The notes below the pieces were generated by a model. That model had not been told where the DNA came from and did not search any database. It saw nothing but the letters and a program-made list of their open reading frames with translations. The translations under genes were made by a program, and so were the position numbers. This document shows, in pieces, positions 24,301 to 37,200 of a stretch of 64,000 bases of DNA. Numbering within the stretch: the first letter of the stretch is position 1; every line of letters begins with the position of its first letter. Source of the stretch: Stylophora pistillata (lineage: Eukaryota); the NCBI RefSeq assembly GCF_002571385.2, contig NW_019217898.1:74317-138316 (forward strand), written 5' to 3'.

Positions 24301-27300
24301 TGGTATTAAGAAACATCACTGTCTTGTTAGGGCCCCATCAGTGCCTCCCACATTCACCTGTAAGGACAAATCATCTGATTATTGGTAAACCAACATAAAA
24401 TTGAAAAAAAAAAATTTTTTATTTAAAGCATTAGATTCCCTTTCCACACTTGAACCTTATGTATGTTGCATTAGCTCACAAAAAGCCTTTGCCTCTCCAG
24501 GCAGTAAGTTTGTGAGGACAAGCAAAAGAGCAAGGCAAGCAAGGGAAAAAGCACTGGAGACGAAAACCCCAACCATTTTCTCTTATCTGCCTATTTGTTT
24601 GTCTCCACAAAAAAGACCCAGCAATTTTCTCTTGCCTCCCTAATTTCTTTGTATCTGCTGACTAAAAGCCCAGCATTGGCTAGGAAAGTTCCTAATCTCT
24701 ATCACTCTCCAAAGTATTAAATTTCCTAAATTTGAAGTGTTTTCATGTGAACAAACTACATGATTACACTTACTAAACTCATTCTTCAACAGTTTATTAG
24801 TAAAGAGATAAACAAGGGTGGTGATCATGTCTTCTCTTTTTGTTTTAGATACATCCTTCTAGTATTAATGCAGCTGTAAGTGTTGATACTGTTGTTGAAA
24901 GAGATGCATCTCCTAATGAATCTGATGAAGAAGTGCCACTTATCAGTGAGTATATAATATTATATATATGGAGTTGATAGACTGAAAATTTTTTTATTTG
25001 GTATTTGGCAACCTATCATTAAAAAGAGATCTTCAGAATTAAACATTTTAGCTGTTGCAAAAAAAAAGTAAGGACAAATGGAATAGGAAAAAAGAGAGCT
25101 TGAATTAAGGGAATTATGTTAAATTATACATGACATACTGTACTTCTGGCCACAATTGCTTGCTACTGAAATACAGTTTACAATATGGTTAGCAAATGAC
25201 AACAATAAAGGTTCACATGATAAGTTGAGGCCTAATACTTGAAAAACCAAAAGGAGAGATGACAAGCCTTAGTTAATTATATTTCATGAATATGGACTTC
25301 AGACTGTACACACTGGATGCTTAAAAAGCACCACTGTCAAGTTTGCTTCATGTCTGCTGAACATGAGTAGCCAAAGCAGTGACAACCAAAACAATGGCAG
25401 CTTGGAGCTCTGTGATGACATTTGGCAAATAAGGCAGCATCCCTAGAGCTGAATTTAGATTGTAAAGCACAAGGTTATAAAGAAAGCTGGTGATGTATGA
25501 TGTACTAGATACTTGCATGGTTTAGAGAGATGCCTATCTGATCAAAGAGCTTGGCATAAAGATTTGATGACATGGTTTTCTTGTAAAACTGTTAAATTGT
25601 GTTCATCTTTCTGCTGAAATATATATATATATATATAATATTTCGAGAGCTTTTCTTAAAAATTTTTAGCCGGAAAAATTCCTGTTTGAATTTTTTGTAA
25701 AAAAAAATTAATAATGTGGAGCATGATTATTGAATTTCCCTAAATACAGAGCTTACACTTAAAAAAAAAAAAATACTTTATCGAAGGCAGATAATGTTCT
25801 TGTTTACCACCACTAGATACGTTGGGTGGCTCAAGAAAGGAGCATGATCTCTATGAAATAACCAAGCGCGTAGAAATGGTGAGGGTTCTATAGAGACTCT
25901 TCTCTCTTTGCTTTTGAGCAATTTCCACACAGTAACTGGATGAGAAACAGCCAAAAAATCTTTGTTACATCCACTTTTAAATTACTGGTGATCCTTGTAA
26001 TCTGATTTGCTCTTATTGGTACAATTTATTTATCATCACACTGTTTCTTTTTCCCAACTGATGAGAAAGCTTGACTAATTAAAAACAAATCAACTTATTA
26101 AGGCTTGTTTTGAAAGTAACCAATCAAATTGCAGGAAAATGGTAGACACCTTTTGCAACTTTTTACAAATGTGTGTATGTGTATGTGTATATGATTTCAG
26201 ACCAGATTGCACTCCACTTGGTTCAATTACCATGTTTATACACTTGTAATCGTCATATCATGATAATCAAGATATCTCTGTCCTATAGTAGTGATACATT
26301 TTTTTTCTCTATTCATAGGGTCAGATGGCCAAGCTATTTTTCAGCAAATGTAAGTAATGAATTAAATTGCTGGTCCAAGAACAGTCCCATCATTTTTTAC
26401 ACAGAAACTCTTTGCTTTTAGGCCCAGTGTTTTTGCAAGAGTAAGGGTACAAACAAAAGGCAGGCAATAAACAACAGAAACAACACATACTTAATGTAAT
26501 AACCTTTGACAGACATACTCTGTTCAGTTCATAAACATATCTGAAACCACCCTTATAACAAAACTTGTTTTGTTCTCTCTTCTCAATTATTTTAACCAGA
26601 GAATTGCAGGACACCTCAACAAATAATGATTTTGGTACAAAATTTTAGAATGGTTGTAAACAGTTCTTTAATATGAAAGAATTCCATATTTCTTCCATGT
26701 CCAGAAAACCAGAGAACATCTTTTCCTGCATAATTAGTGTGCTAATGTCCTAACTAGGTTGCTTGAAACTCCCAACCTCCCCCCACCCCTCCTGAAAGAA
26801 AAAAAGAAAATGTCTAGAGTTAACTGCACACAGTGATGATAATACATAACTATGACTTGTAAGTCTGGATTAACTCTTTATTTCCCAAGATCTGATTTTT
26901 AATTCTCCCCTCTAGCTGCTACACGTTTCCTCATAAATAAGTTATGAGAATTTGGTGTTAGATCAGATAAGTTTGAATATTCTCATTATCTGTTTGCTGG
27001 AGAATGTATGGATATTAGTGGGAGAAGTTTCATGTTAATCACTTGAGGGAGTTAGGTTAGAGGGTTTATTACATCCATTTTGAAATCACTGGTGGTCCCT
27101 GTAATCTGATTGGGTCTAATTGGTGTGATTTATTCACGAATCACACCATTTTTTGCTCTAAATCACATCCTTTTATGCTTGACTGAGTTTTTGACACATG
27201 ACATCAAAGTCTTTCTGTTTTGCATACAAAGTAAGATGTAAAATCGTTTCCGGTTTCGCTTTTTATTTAAAAACCGGATCAGTACTGCATCAATAAAATA

Positions 27301-30196
27301 TTTGAACTGACCAAGTCCTGTATTTGGGCAATTTCAAAATGGATGTAATAAAGTGGTAATTGAACCTCATGTCGTGCAATTTTGGTCTAAAATCATACTT
27401 GTGATTTCAAATTGAACTCACGCTGTGCACTCGTTCAATTTTGAAATCATGCATATGATTTCAGCCCAAATTGCACTCCACTCAGTGCAATTACCATTTT
27501 TAGTGAGCATTGGATTTCCCCTTACAGCGTAACCACAGAGTCACACATTATGGTGATAAGGAGATGAGGATAAAGAAAACGAAGTGATTTCCTTGTAAAG
27601 AATAGCTTGATGTTCAACAAATTATTCTTGTCAGTAGTTAAAGAAATATAAAGAAAATGGTGTGGAGAATTTGCATACTGATGTTGGGGTGTAAATTCTC
27701 ACTTCTGAACAACTCAGCCCCATTTACTTTGCTATAATACTCTATGGCCATTTCATTCAACTTTGATGTTCTTAATATTTAATATTGTGTTAATACTATT
27801 TATTGATAGTTGGATTGCGACTGTTCTACTTCTGTATCGTTTTGTACCTGTATGGTGACTTGGCAATTTATGCAGCTGCTGTTCCAAAGTCTTTAACCAA
27901 AGTGGCATGGTTAGATGTGTAAATTATATTTATTAAGTAATTTAGTTATTCTTTTTGTTATTGTTGTTGTTTTTGTTCTGGAAATCATAAGGGCCTCACA
28001 GGTTTCTTGTGAAGTCTGCAAGGGTTTAACTGGTCTGCTTTGTTCTCCGGCGGGAGGTCCACTAGAGATCTGGTGGATCCCTTGCCAGCTAGCTATAAGG
28101 GTAAGAAAGCTGCAGCTTGTTTATCCTGTGGATTGTGTTACAATGCTAACAGCATTCTCAAAAGGAGAATTGGAGATTCCTAACATCACCTATAAGTACA
28201 TGGACTTTCCCCTACTAATTGCAACCGTCACAACATGCCCCTGAACAACATTTGAAGGCGTCTACTGTCATTATTCTTAATCATTTTATTGTTGTAATAC
28301 TCATATCCCACTCAGAAGAGAGCTGCAGTACCGTTGCAAAGTGTTGTGCAATACTTCCTTTTGATTTTATTGTTTTGTTATTCCTCTGTTCCCAGCGGAT
28401 CTTGGAATGAAACTGATTCTACCCAATCCAACAACAAGCCTTGTCCAGGTTGGGGCTCGGTCACACAAGGCAATGTTTATCGTGTCTTTTTAGTAAGTGT
28501 TTTTCCCCAGCAAGCTCCTAAGTTGTTGACAAAAAGAATGCGTGATAGTACGCGTGAGAGTATGCGTGATAGTATGAGTGATAGTATGCGTGATACTATG
28601 CGTGATATGTATTAGTGCGCATGAGAGTATTGATAATAGTATTTATGATAGTATACGCGATACTATGCGAGATATGTGCGAGAGTACGCGAGAGAGTATG
28701 CATAATAGTATGTGTGATAGTATGCGTGATACTATGCGTGATATGTGATAGGACGCGTGAGAGTATGCATAATAGTATGCGTGATAGTTTGCATGGTACT
28801 ATGCGTGATGCTATGCGTGATAACTGATTCGAGCTTCCCCCTCGCCAACTATCACACACAGAAATCGAGAGCTCGTTTTGTAATTGTTAAAGAAGAGTGT
28901 TTGTATGCGTCTCTTTACTCAAAACACATGATCCTGAAGCAACATGTGTGAAAGTAGGGTGTAGTACTTGACCAATCGTTTCTGTTCCTTTTTCAGGCCA
29001 TTTTCACTGTCACATTAGGACCATTTGCATTTTTCAACGTACAGAAAACAAAGTACTTACAGATTTTTACCACAATTATGAGATGGATTGGTGAGTAGAT
29101 GGTTTACATGTACTCACTTACTGATTCTTGTCTTACGGCTGTTTTGTTCACATCAGCGTGTTGCGTATTTTAAAAATTTTTTGTTTCGTCTACTATGAAA
29201 TCACCCCCGCATGAAAATTACTCTTAATCGGAACAAAAGAAATGAAAGAAATAATTGCCAAAACATGAATGCACAAGAGTGTGATTTAAAACCCTTATAT
29301 TAAGGATAGCCGTGTATTTCTCACCTTACCCGTATGCAAACCGTTTTGGTCTCCTCTTTCTCCCGTCTATGTACTGGGTCTCTCTCTGGTCTGTCAGAGA
29401 TGAAGAGGAATGAGGAAGTAATGCTCATGTGTTTTACGACTGCTCCTTAACAGCTTTTATCCTGATGATTGTCCTCGCGCTAGTCAAGATTGGTAAAGGC
29501 CAGGAGGAGCACGATACTCCTACAGCAAATTTCTCAGGGCTGCCTAATCTGTTCGGGGTGTGTGTGTACTCATACATGTGCCAGCACTCGCTCCCCTCTC
29601 TGATCACGCCAATGAAAAACAAGTCGCGTGTCACACTGCTCTTTATCGCTGACTTCGTCATAGTCTTGGTGTTTTACGCTCTGTTGTCATTCACCGCCAT
29701 CTTCGCTTTCCGCGCAGAGGACTTGAACGACTTATATACGCTCAACTTCAGGAAAACTGCAGGAAGTTTTGTCGGATATTTCCTCGCTCTGTTTCCCGTT
29801 TTCACCCTCAGCACCAATTTCCCAATCATTTCCATAACCCTCCGCGACAATCTAAAGAATTTATTTCTCCGTGAAGGACACCCCTACCCCTGGGTAGTGG
29901 ATCGGATCGCTTTTCCACTCGCCACGATCACCCTACCTATCTTAGTGGCATTCATCACGCAGAACTTGGAAATACTCGTCGGCGTAACAGGGTCTTACGC
30001 CGGCACTGGGGTGCAGTATGTAATCCCGGCCTGCCTCGCGTATTTTGGTAAGAAACATTTGATGGAGATGACCGGTTGCTATGACAACAAGCACAAGTCT
30101 CCATTCGGAATAAGTTTCTGGATCCTGTTCGTGATTGGCTGGGCGTTTATCTGTATAGCTTTAGTGACGACAAATCATATCATAACCGGAAAATAA
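20772..30196 (+). CDS. TMEM104: Transmembrane protein 104 (SLC38/AAAP amino-acid transporter-like), 10 coding exons
   Basis: Exons 20772-20813, 21140-21261, 23939-24029, 24849-24945, ~25817-25878, ~26319-26349, ~27810-27909, ~28397-28492, ~28997-29090, 29454-30196. Peptides: MVAVTETGSLYSSPVAFIYVFNLIIGVGALTMPKAFANAGW, TSTFMVEAMAAANA, EITKRVEMGQMA, YLYGDLAIYAAAVP, FFNVQKTKYLQ, GVCVYSYMCQHSLPSL, FPVFTLSTNFPII. Confidence 0.93.
22919..23513. repeat. Cluster of tRNA-derived repeats: two minus-strand units (second truncated) joined head-to-head to a plus-strand unit
   Basis: Same family as 1-305; junction AATTGAGCTA|GTTGGCTTGTTAGCTCAATT at 23310/23311. Confidence 0.85.
28538..28822. repeat. 12-bp minisatellite (TATGCGTGATAG)n, degenerate, in TMEM104 intron 8
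   Basis: About 23-24 units; it generates the spurious MRDS and VIVC repeat ORFs. Confidence 0.9.
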
Positions 30197-30271
30197 CCTG
30201 ACAGAATCATTACCAGAAATGAATAATATGCTGTGAAAACGATGGGTGGGCGGGTTTAAGAACAAATATAG

Positions 30272-30315
<44 letters not shown>

Positions 30316-31229
30316 AATTTATAATTAACTGGAAAATTGATAGGCTGCTTTAGGTGTTGAGATTGTGATAATTAAGTAAAAACCAGAGGACACATGGTGG
30401 ATATGAATATGATTTTAAAGTTGCTGATTTGTTTTCGATTAATTGTCGATCACAGTAAGTGGGTAACGGTTGATGGTTTTGTCTGATCATCCTGGTGAGA
30501 GTAGGACTCTTGTTGGAAGAGTCAGGGTTTATTGTAGAAATCGGTCGAAGAGGGTCCAGTGGGCCCCTTCAACTTTCAATGGAGGCCCTTTGTCAAGAAA
30601 GGGGGCCAAGATAGCGGGTACCCAGAAAGGTGTGTAAACTTGACTGTGACAATGTGTATAGTCTAGTCAGTGAGAAAAGTAGGAAGAGAAAAGGAAAGCT
30701 GCGCTCTTGGGTAAACCTTGGCAGTAGCTGATTTTTTGACAAATTGAGAGGAGTGATCATAGTCAAGTGAGGAGGTGATTGTCGGTTGAATCTTATTATA
30801 AGTTTGGTTCGTGAAAAGTAAGTGGTTGGTTTTGATGTGATTTTATAGGCTGTTAGATTCAAATCATTGTGACCGATAACATTACTTTTCACGTCCAGAG
30901 GAATGCATACTTACCATTTTATTGATTTTCAATATCCAGAAGTTAAATACTGTTTCACGGGCTTAACTGAATCACTCCTTTCGTAAAAATAAAGGCCTAT
31001 GGAATAAATTATTTTATAGTGATGTTGTAATCCGCTCTTTTGTTTAATTTGTGCTTCTTATTTATAACAGTGCCTTCATTATTGTAGGCATTCAGCCGCT
31101 CCCTAGAAGGTTTCTTGTACGTTTGAGCATTGCCCTTTAACCAATTTTGAGGGTTTTCAAGCTACCGGTACTTATATAACATTTTCCAGAATTAGGATGA
31201 ATAGAATGCAAGCTTGTTAATACTCGGAT

Positions 31230-31742
31230 CATAGGCAACCCAAGCTCACTACTAGAAAAGCGGACGTGACTCTTACCGTGTTGCGCAACGTTTTATATTA
31301 ATAAAGGTTTGTATGGGATGTTATCGGTTTGCCATAAAAGAGAGAAAAAAAATGTCTTGTTTTGAAATAAAATGGACTTACCTTATTGCCTGGTTGTTTT
31401 CTTTGTTGATTTCTAGAGTCTCAGGCCATTTTGAAGCGTTTTCGGCGAGTTAGCGCTATGTTGGTGTTCAACTACTAAAAGAAAGACTTTCTTTTAGCAG
31501 TTGAACACCATCATAGCGCTAACTCGCCGTAAACGCTTCAAAATGGCCTGAGACTCTAGGAATCAACAAAGAAAACAACAAGGCAATAAGGTAAGTCCAT
31601 TTTATTTCAAAACAAGACATCTTTTTTCTCTCATTTAAGGCAAACCGATAACATCCCATACAAACGTTTATAACTATATATCGTTGCGCAACACGGTAAG
31701 AGTCACGTCCGCTTTTCTAGGAGTGAGCTTGGGCTGCCTGTG
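31230..31742. mobile_element. Foldback non-autonomous element with 7-bp TSD (P superfamily, Galileo-like), internally deleted copy
   Basis: CTCGGAT|CATAGGCAACCCAAGCTC ... GAGCTTGGGCTGCCTGTG|CTCGGAT; about 255-bp arms with almost no spacer. Confidence 0.85.
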
Positions 31743-31822
31743 CTCGGATGCGTTCGTGTTAGTCTGTGATTGGATGTGCTGTAGGATCGGTGAGTTAGAG
31801 CTCTCGAGTGCCTTTACGAAGT

Positions 31823-32194
31823 AGGGACCTTAAGCAAGCAAACCACGACGACGACAGCAACGAGGACGTGACAAAACAAAAGATCTAATGAGCAGAAAAC
31901 AATAGTTAAGCACGTGCATTTTAAAATTTGTAGATTTCTCAGCCGTCCTCTGCAAAACAACAACGTGAAATCCCCAAAATTTACGTGGTCTAACAATGGA
32001 AACCCCGACGGAAAATTAGCTCAGTTTCCATTTGGAACTCAACGCTGCTCACATACGTTAAGCTGAAGTTAAGATGTGGCGCCGTGAGAGACAGTAAACA
32101 CATCCAGTCATTCGCCAAATTCTAACTAAAAATGAAAATTCCTTTTTTGATTCACGACTTCCACGGTGTTGCCGTCCAGACTGCTTAAGGTCCC
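31823..32194. mobile_element. MITE, same family as 14157-14531
   Basis: AGGGACCTTAAGCA ... TGCTTAAGGTCCC with homologous internal sequence. Confidence 0.75.
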
Positions 32195-34274
32195 GAGTGA
32201 CCGATTGGAGACCGAGTGTTTGTTACTGGTTTCTCTTCATTGGCAATCGGGGAATTAAGATTAATGGTATGTTTTAAGTTCTTTTCTTCAATTTTGTGTT
32301 CTTCTGTTTGTTTCTTTGTTTTTGTTGTTGTCTTTTTTTTTTTTCCCCTCATAAGGATATGATTGATCATCACTTGACCTTTTTCAATTTATTAGGAATT
32401 TCTTCGACCGGACACGTACAACTTCACATGTCTGGAACAAAATATTGTCTGGCCTTTATTACTATACAACCTCTTTAAATACAGTGCAAATTCTTCACTT
32501 ACAGACAGAACCGTGAATTTTAAATAAGGTAACAATAAAACATTTCTGCTTCTGTCTTTTCGAGTCCTAAAACATACGAAAATACTGTTTTGTGCCTGTT
32601 GTACAACCCGTCTTTCTCTCTATTGATAAACTAACAATACTATTTCCACGCAACTGTTAAAAGCATCACTCTTTTTAGCCATCCATGCTAACTCAGTAAC
32701 TATTTTCAGTCAATCTTGTGGACGAGACCTCGTTATCAAAATTTTCATTCACACGTCTGTACAAAGCAAAGCTTTTGCAAACTTTATATATTATATCCTC
32801 ACTGACCTGAACTTATTTTTACGAAAAGGTCTTTTTCGCGCTCGGAATATTGCACACGATGATTGACCGAGTAGATGGTTTGCGAACCCGAGCGAAAGTC
32901 ATCAATGTTCGGGATCGGTAGTTCTATCTTTCCGGACAGGCAAACAAATCCGAGCATTTTCCAAAGAATTGTGCAAGCGTGCAAGACTCGTTTGATCGAT
33001 TGTCCTGCACAAACCTTGCTGCAATGGAATTGTAGTCACAATCACTCTGTATCAACAGTTTAAAACGAAACAAACTACTTTGAATTAAAGTATGATCAAA
33101 AACCTGTGTTGTAAATTCAAACCAAAGTATTTCCTTTTTACTCGCGACACACCTGCGAGAAAACTGTATTCAAATGCTAAAACCACCTCATTCAGTTTTT
33201 CTACAGCCAGACTCACACGTGCTTTAAACATAGAGACGCTTAAAGTTGCTTTCACACGCGAATCCTTTTAAAGAAGGAAACAAATCGAACGTTTGGAAAA
33301 TAAGCGCAAACAAGATGCGTGTTAAACGACGCCGAGTCGAAAGAGACAGTGAAATGTCATCTAAAGAAATTATCACCCGTCACTAATTGGATTTTGGAAT
33401 TGTTAACTTTCTCAAATACTCCCACTTTCCACTAAAAGACTGAGAAATTCGTGGCTATTTCCTAGACCGATCGCTAGTATTTTCCTTTTTCCATTCTGTA
33501 CGTTGTTGAACCAAGAAACAAAGACCCACATCGTATTATTAGACTCGTTCCCAGTCTATCCCATTTGTTGCTCAAACGCGATAAAAATCCGAGGACCATA
33601 ATGTCGTGGCCAAGATGGCGGGGTATGCTGGGAAGGAAACGAGGAGGTCCGATACAACGCGTTTTCATCAAATTCTTTTTGGAAATGACAAGGAAAGAGT
33701 CTTTAAATACAAAGTTTTCATTGGCAAGTTCTTTTGTCCCAAACACCGACATGTCACCATAACTATATGTAAAAGATAAACTTTGCCAGCGTAAATTACC
33801 TTACAAGGACTTTTCTTTATAATGCTGCAAATATATTAAGTGAAATTCTTCTCAGCAAGCATTCCTTATGAGATAAACTTGACAAATACATGTGGCTACC
33901 GCAAGGTGTTTTACTTTGTAAGTGCGGTTCCTATAGGAGGAGAAACGTGTTCAAGTTTAACCATCCCCTTTCGTTTAGAATCATTTTTTCTTGATTGGCC
34001 TTCTCTCTCCTTACTACATAATCAAGTTTTGTTTTGTTTTGTTGTTGTAGTTTTTATAGTTTTCATGCATTAAATAGGGATTATCTGCAGCACCGAAACG
34101 ACTTCAATACCCCAGAATTCTAGGACTGAAAACTACTGGACGGAGTGCCGCACCGCTTTCATTATCTAAAAATTTGCCACACTACAGTTTACACATTTAC
34201 ACCACAAACTAGCCAGTAGTTCTAATTTAAACTTAAGTTGTTGGGATATCGTTTCCATTGTTTACACATGTTGG

Positions 34275-37200
34275 CTAACAGTTGGCCTCCGTCTTAATTT
34301 CTGGTTTCGCATACTCGTAGTTCTGCTGAAAAAAAAAAATAAAAAGCCGGGAAAATAAGTAAAGAACCGTAAAATAGATACGCCGTAAGTAAAAATCCAA
34401 AGACCCTACAACTTAAAATTTGACCAAGCTGGGGTATCAAAATGTGTTTTCTCCTTACAAGATCAATACACTATCAGAGAACAAGCGACGGTGTCATCCT
34501 GATATGACAGTAAATTCTCTCAACTGTTTTTAAGAAAATGTAGAAGATAAAAGGGAGAGTTTAGATCAGATGTTTGGATGTTAAAGGTTAAAAGAAACGA
34601 TTCAATAGAATCCCGGTTTTTCGAACATCCCTCAGAAAGGGAAAGAAATATGGAAAATCAAAGGGAAGGTTCGAACATCATTATTGGGAAACGCTTTTTT
34701 TTTTTTTTTCATTGATTTCTAAAGGGATTGTACACACAACGGAGCCAACTTGGCTCTAAACACGATCCAGCTTTCAAAGTGACTGTTTCAAACTTTCCTT
34801 ACACTTCTAGAACTATTTTGGGTAAGATCAATTGGAGTAACAAAATGAAAACAACAAACAAACAAATAATCAAATGACTGGAAGCCTTACCGTTATTGGT
34901 AACGTCTTCTCGTAATTGGGATTTTCGATGGATCTCGCTTTTGGAGGCTTTTTATCTGGGAGACTAAACGAAAAGAGGAGTTACAACATAAAGAAGACTG
35001 TGTAAGAATTATGTTGACGTTCTCATGAAGTAACAGATTCTGGTTCAAATGAACATGGCAACCAAATAAAACCCAGTTTCAAAATCCCACAAATCCACGC
35101 CTTCAATGTGGTCAAGCGTCGAGCCTCTGTTGTGTGAATGAGCTTCATTGCATTTTTTCAAATCATTTTTCGGTATGGAAAATGAAGGTTTCATACCTTC
35201 CTTCGTTTTCGAAGCAAGTCTATGCGCTATTATTTTTGTAATTATTATTAGTCGAACCAAAGACATTTAAGCGCTGCAATCGCAGTTGATTGGTTCAAAC
35301 TGAGAATTGAAGTGTTTTCCGGAGAGCTTCTACCACGAGCTTCTTTAAATTAATACAAACTTAGCTAACGATCATAACAGGCAACTTATTTCCCTTTGTT
35401 TTGATTGGCGGTTGTGAAAACTTCCGTTTTGATACGATGACACTCAGTCGAAACGCACTTTTTAGCGAAAAAGGATTGCTTTCGACCATTAATATTTTTA
35501 AATATTGATATAAATATAAATATTGATTTAAATATTTTTAAATATTATATAAGTCTTAAAAGACTTTCCTATCATTAACTTATCGATCGAGCAGGTTGTT
35601 AGAATACCTGTAATGACTCTGTGCTACACCGTTCGGTGGCTTTATTCTAGAGACAAAAAAAAAAAACGGCAGATTAACATCTAATAAGAGAAACTTAACA
35701 ATTGGAAAAGCAGTTAAAGGCGAAAATGAACAGTGATGAACGGAAAGTAGTGTTCGTATTACGTTCAGAGAGTAGAACTGAAAACTCGGTCAGTTTGGCT
35801 GTGAAACTCTCAGCTAATTGCAAACACTCTGTCTACTTGCAGTTCATCTTGTTTTCTCTTCAAAATCGCGATTTAGGGCTCCAGAGCGTTTTTTGTGGGG
35901 AGAGGGGGGGGGGGAAGGAGTGGATACTGCATTTATCTTTCTGGCCTTCAACGAGTTCGAGACGTTCCGAGTGACTGTTCAAGTAAAACTTTCCATCCCG
36001 ATTGGTTATCTTTCGCAGATTTAGTTTAAACTGTTGAGTTTAACTGAATTTTATCAGATGTTCTTAAGTAAAATTTCGATAGGATAAGCGAGATAACTTA
36101 CAATTCGTATCCCTGGTCAGCAATCTTCTTGGTTGGAGAAGAGAAACTGCAGAGAAATCGGTCGCATTAAAAGAATGCAAAATACAAATACAAATAAACT
36201 TGTCAAAAGGGCACACACAGTAAACTTGTCAAAAGCAAACAAAGTTTGACACATACCCCATTGGAAGAGGATTTTCTGTGATGATAAGCACGGGACAACT
36301 GCAATAAAACAAATGTCATCATTTAAACTGGGCAATTCGAAACACATCCCCTAGAAAGAATGTTTCCTAATCATTACAATACCCAACTGATGTAACTAAC
36401 AATTGATGACTAAAGTGAGGCTACAAGCACATGTTTACACAAAAAAATAGCGATGAAAAAAAAATTGTGGATCTCTTATATTAAAATTAATTTGCACCGT
36501 AGAAACATTTATTTCTATTCATTATTATAATTAATGAGAAATCTACCTGTCATACGGGGCTACTTCTTTTTTCGCAGCAATGTAAGTTTCGGGGCTGTCG
36601 GGGCTGTCGGCGCTAAAAAGAAGAGTGGACAAAAGATACGTGAGGAAGTCCATCCACAGTTATAAATCACACTTGGAACATTCGTACAAATAATGAAACA
36701 TGTTCAGTCCAGTTTCCTCCTCCATGTGTGTTGGGTGACTGGTGAAAAGTGTCAAAGGTGACAGCACAGGGAGCCCAGACAAGCGACGAGTCTGGTTGTT
36801 TATTCGAAATAAAAAGGAATATATGGGAGAATACTGAAGAGTCTTATTATCGTTAACTTACGATAATAAGACTCTTCAATATTCTCCCATACATTCCTTT
36901 ATATTTCAAATACACAACCAGACTCGTCGCTTGTCTGGGCTCCCTGTGGTCGGAAGGAATAAAGCGAGCTAAAGTAGAAATATACTAGAGAAACCAAACT
37001 GTATCCATCTCTGCTATTTAAAAATATATGTGAAACATTTACCATTTACCGCGTTAGGAGAATCGAAAAAGAAACTTAACCGTTCGAAAACTGTTTCAAG
37101 ATGCGTTTAAAATTTGACTGTTCACTGCTAGTAACCTGACCGTACACACAACATCAACGCGTGCTTCCCAAACAGCTTTAGCTCAGGTTATTGCAAAAAC

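Noticed and set aside
28334-28951. Overlapping repetitive ORFs (MRDS.., VIVC.., HTIT..)
   Set aside because: By-products of the 12-bp minisatellite; only ~28397-28492 is a real exon.
32799-33762. Additional coding exons or a separate gene (ORFs 33474-33752, 32799-32984)
   Set aside because: Several frames are equally plausible and none has recognisable homology; may be receptor terminal exons or UTR.
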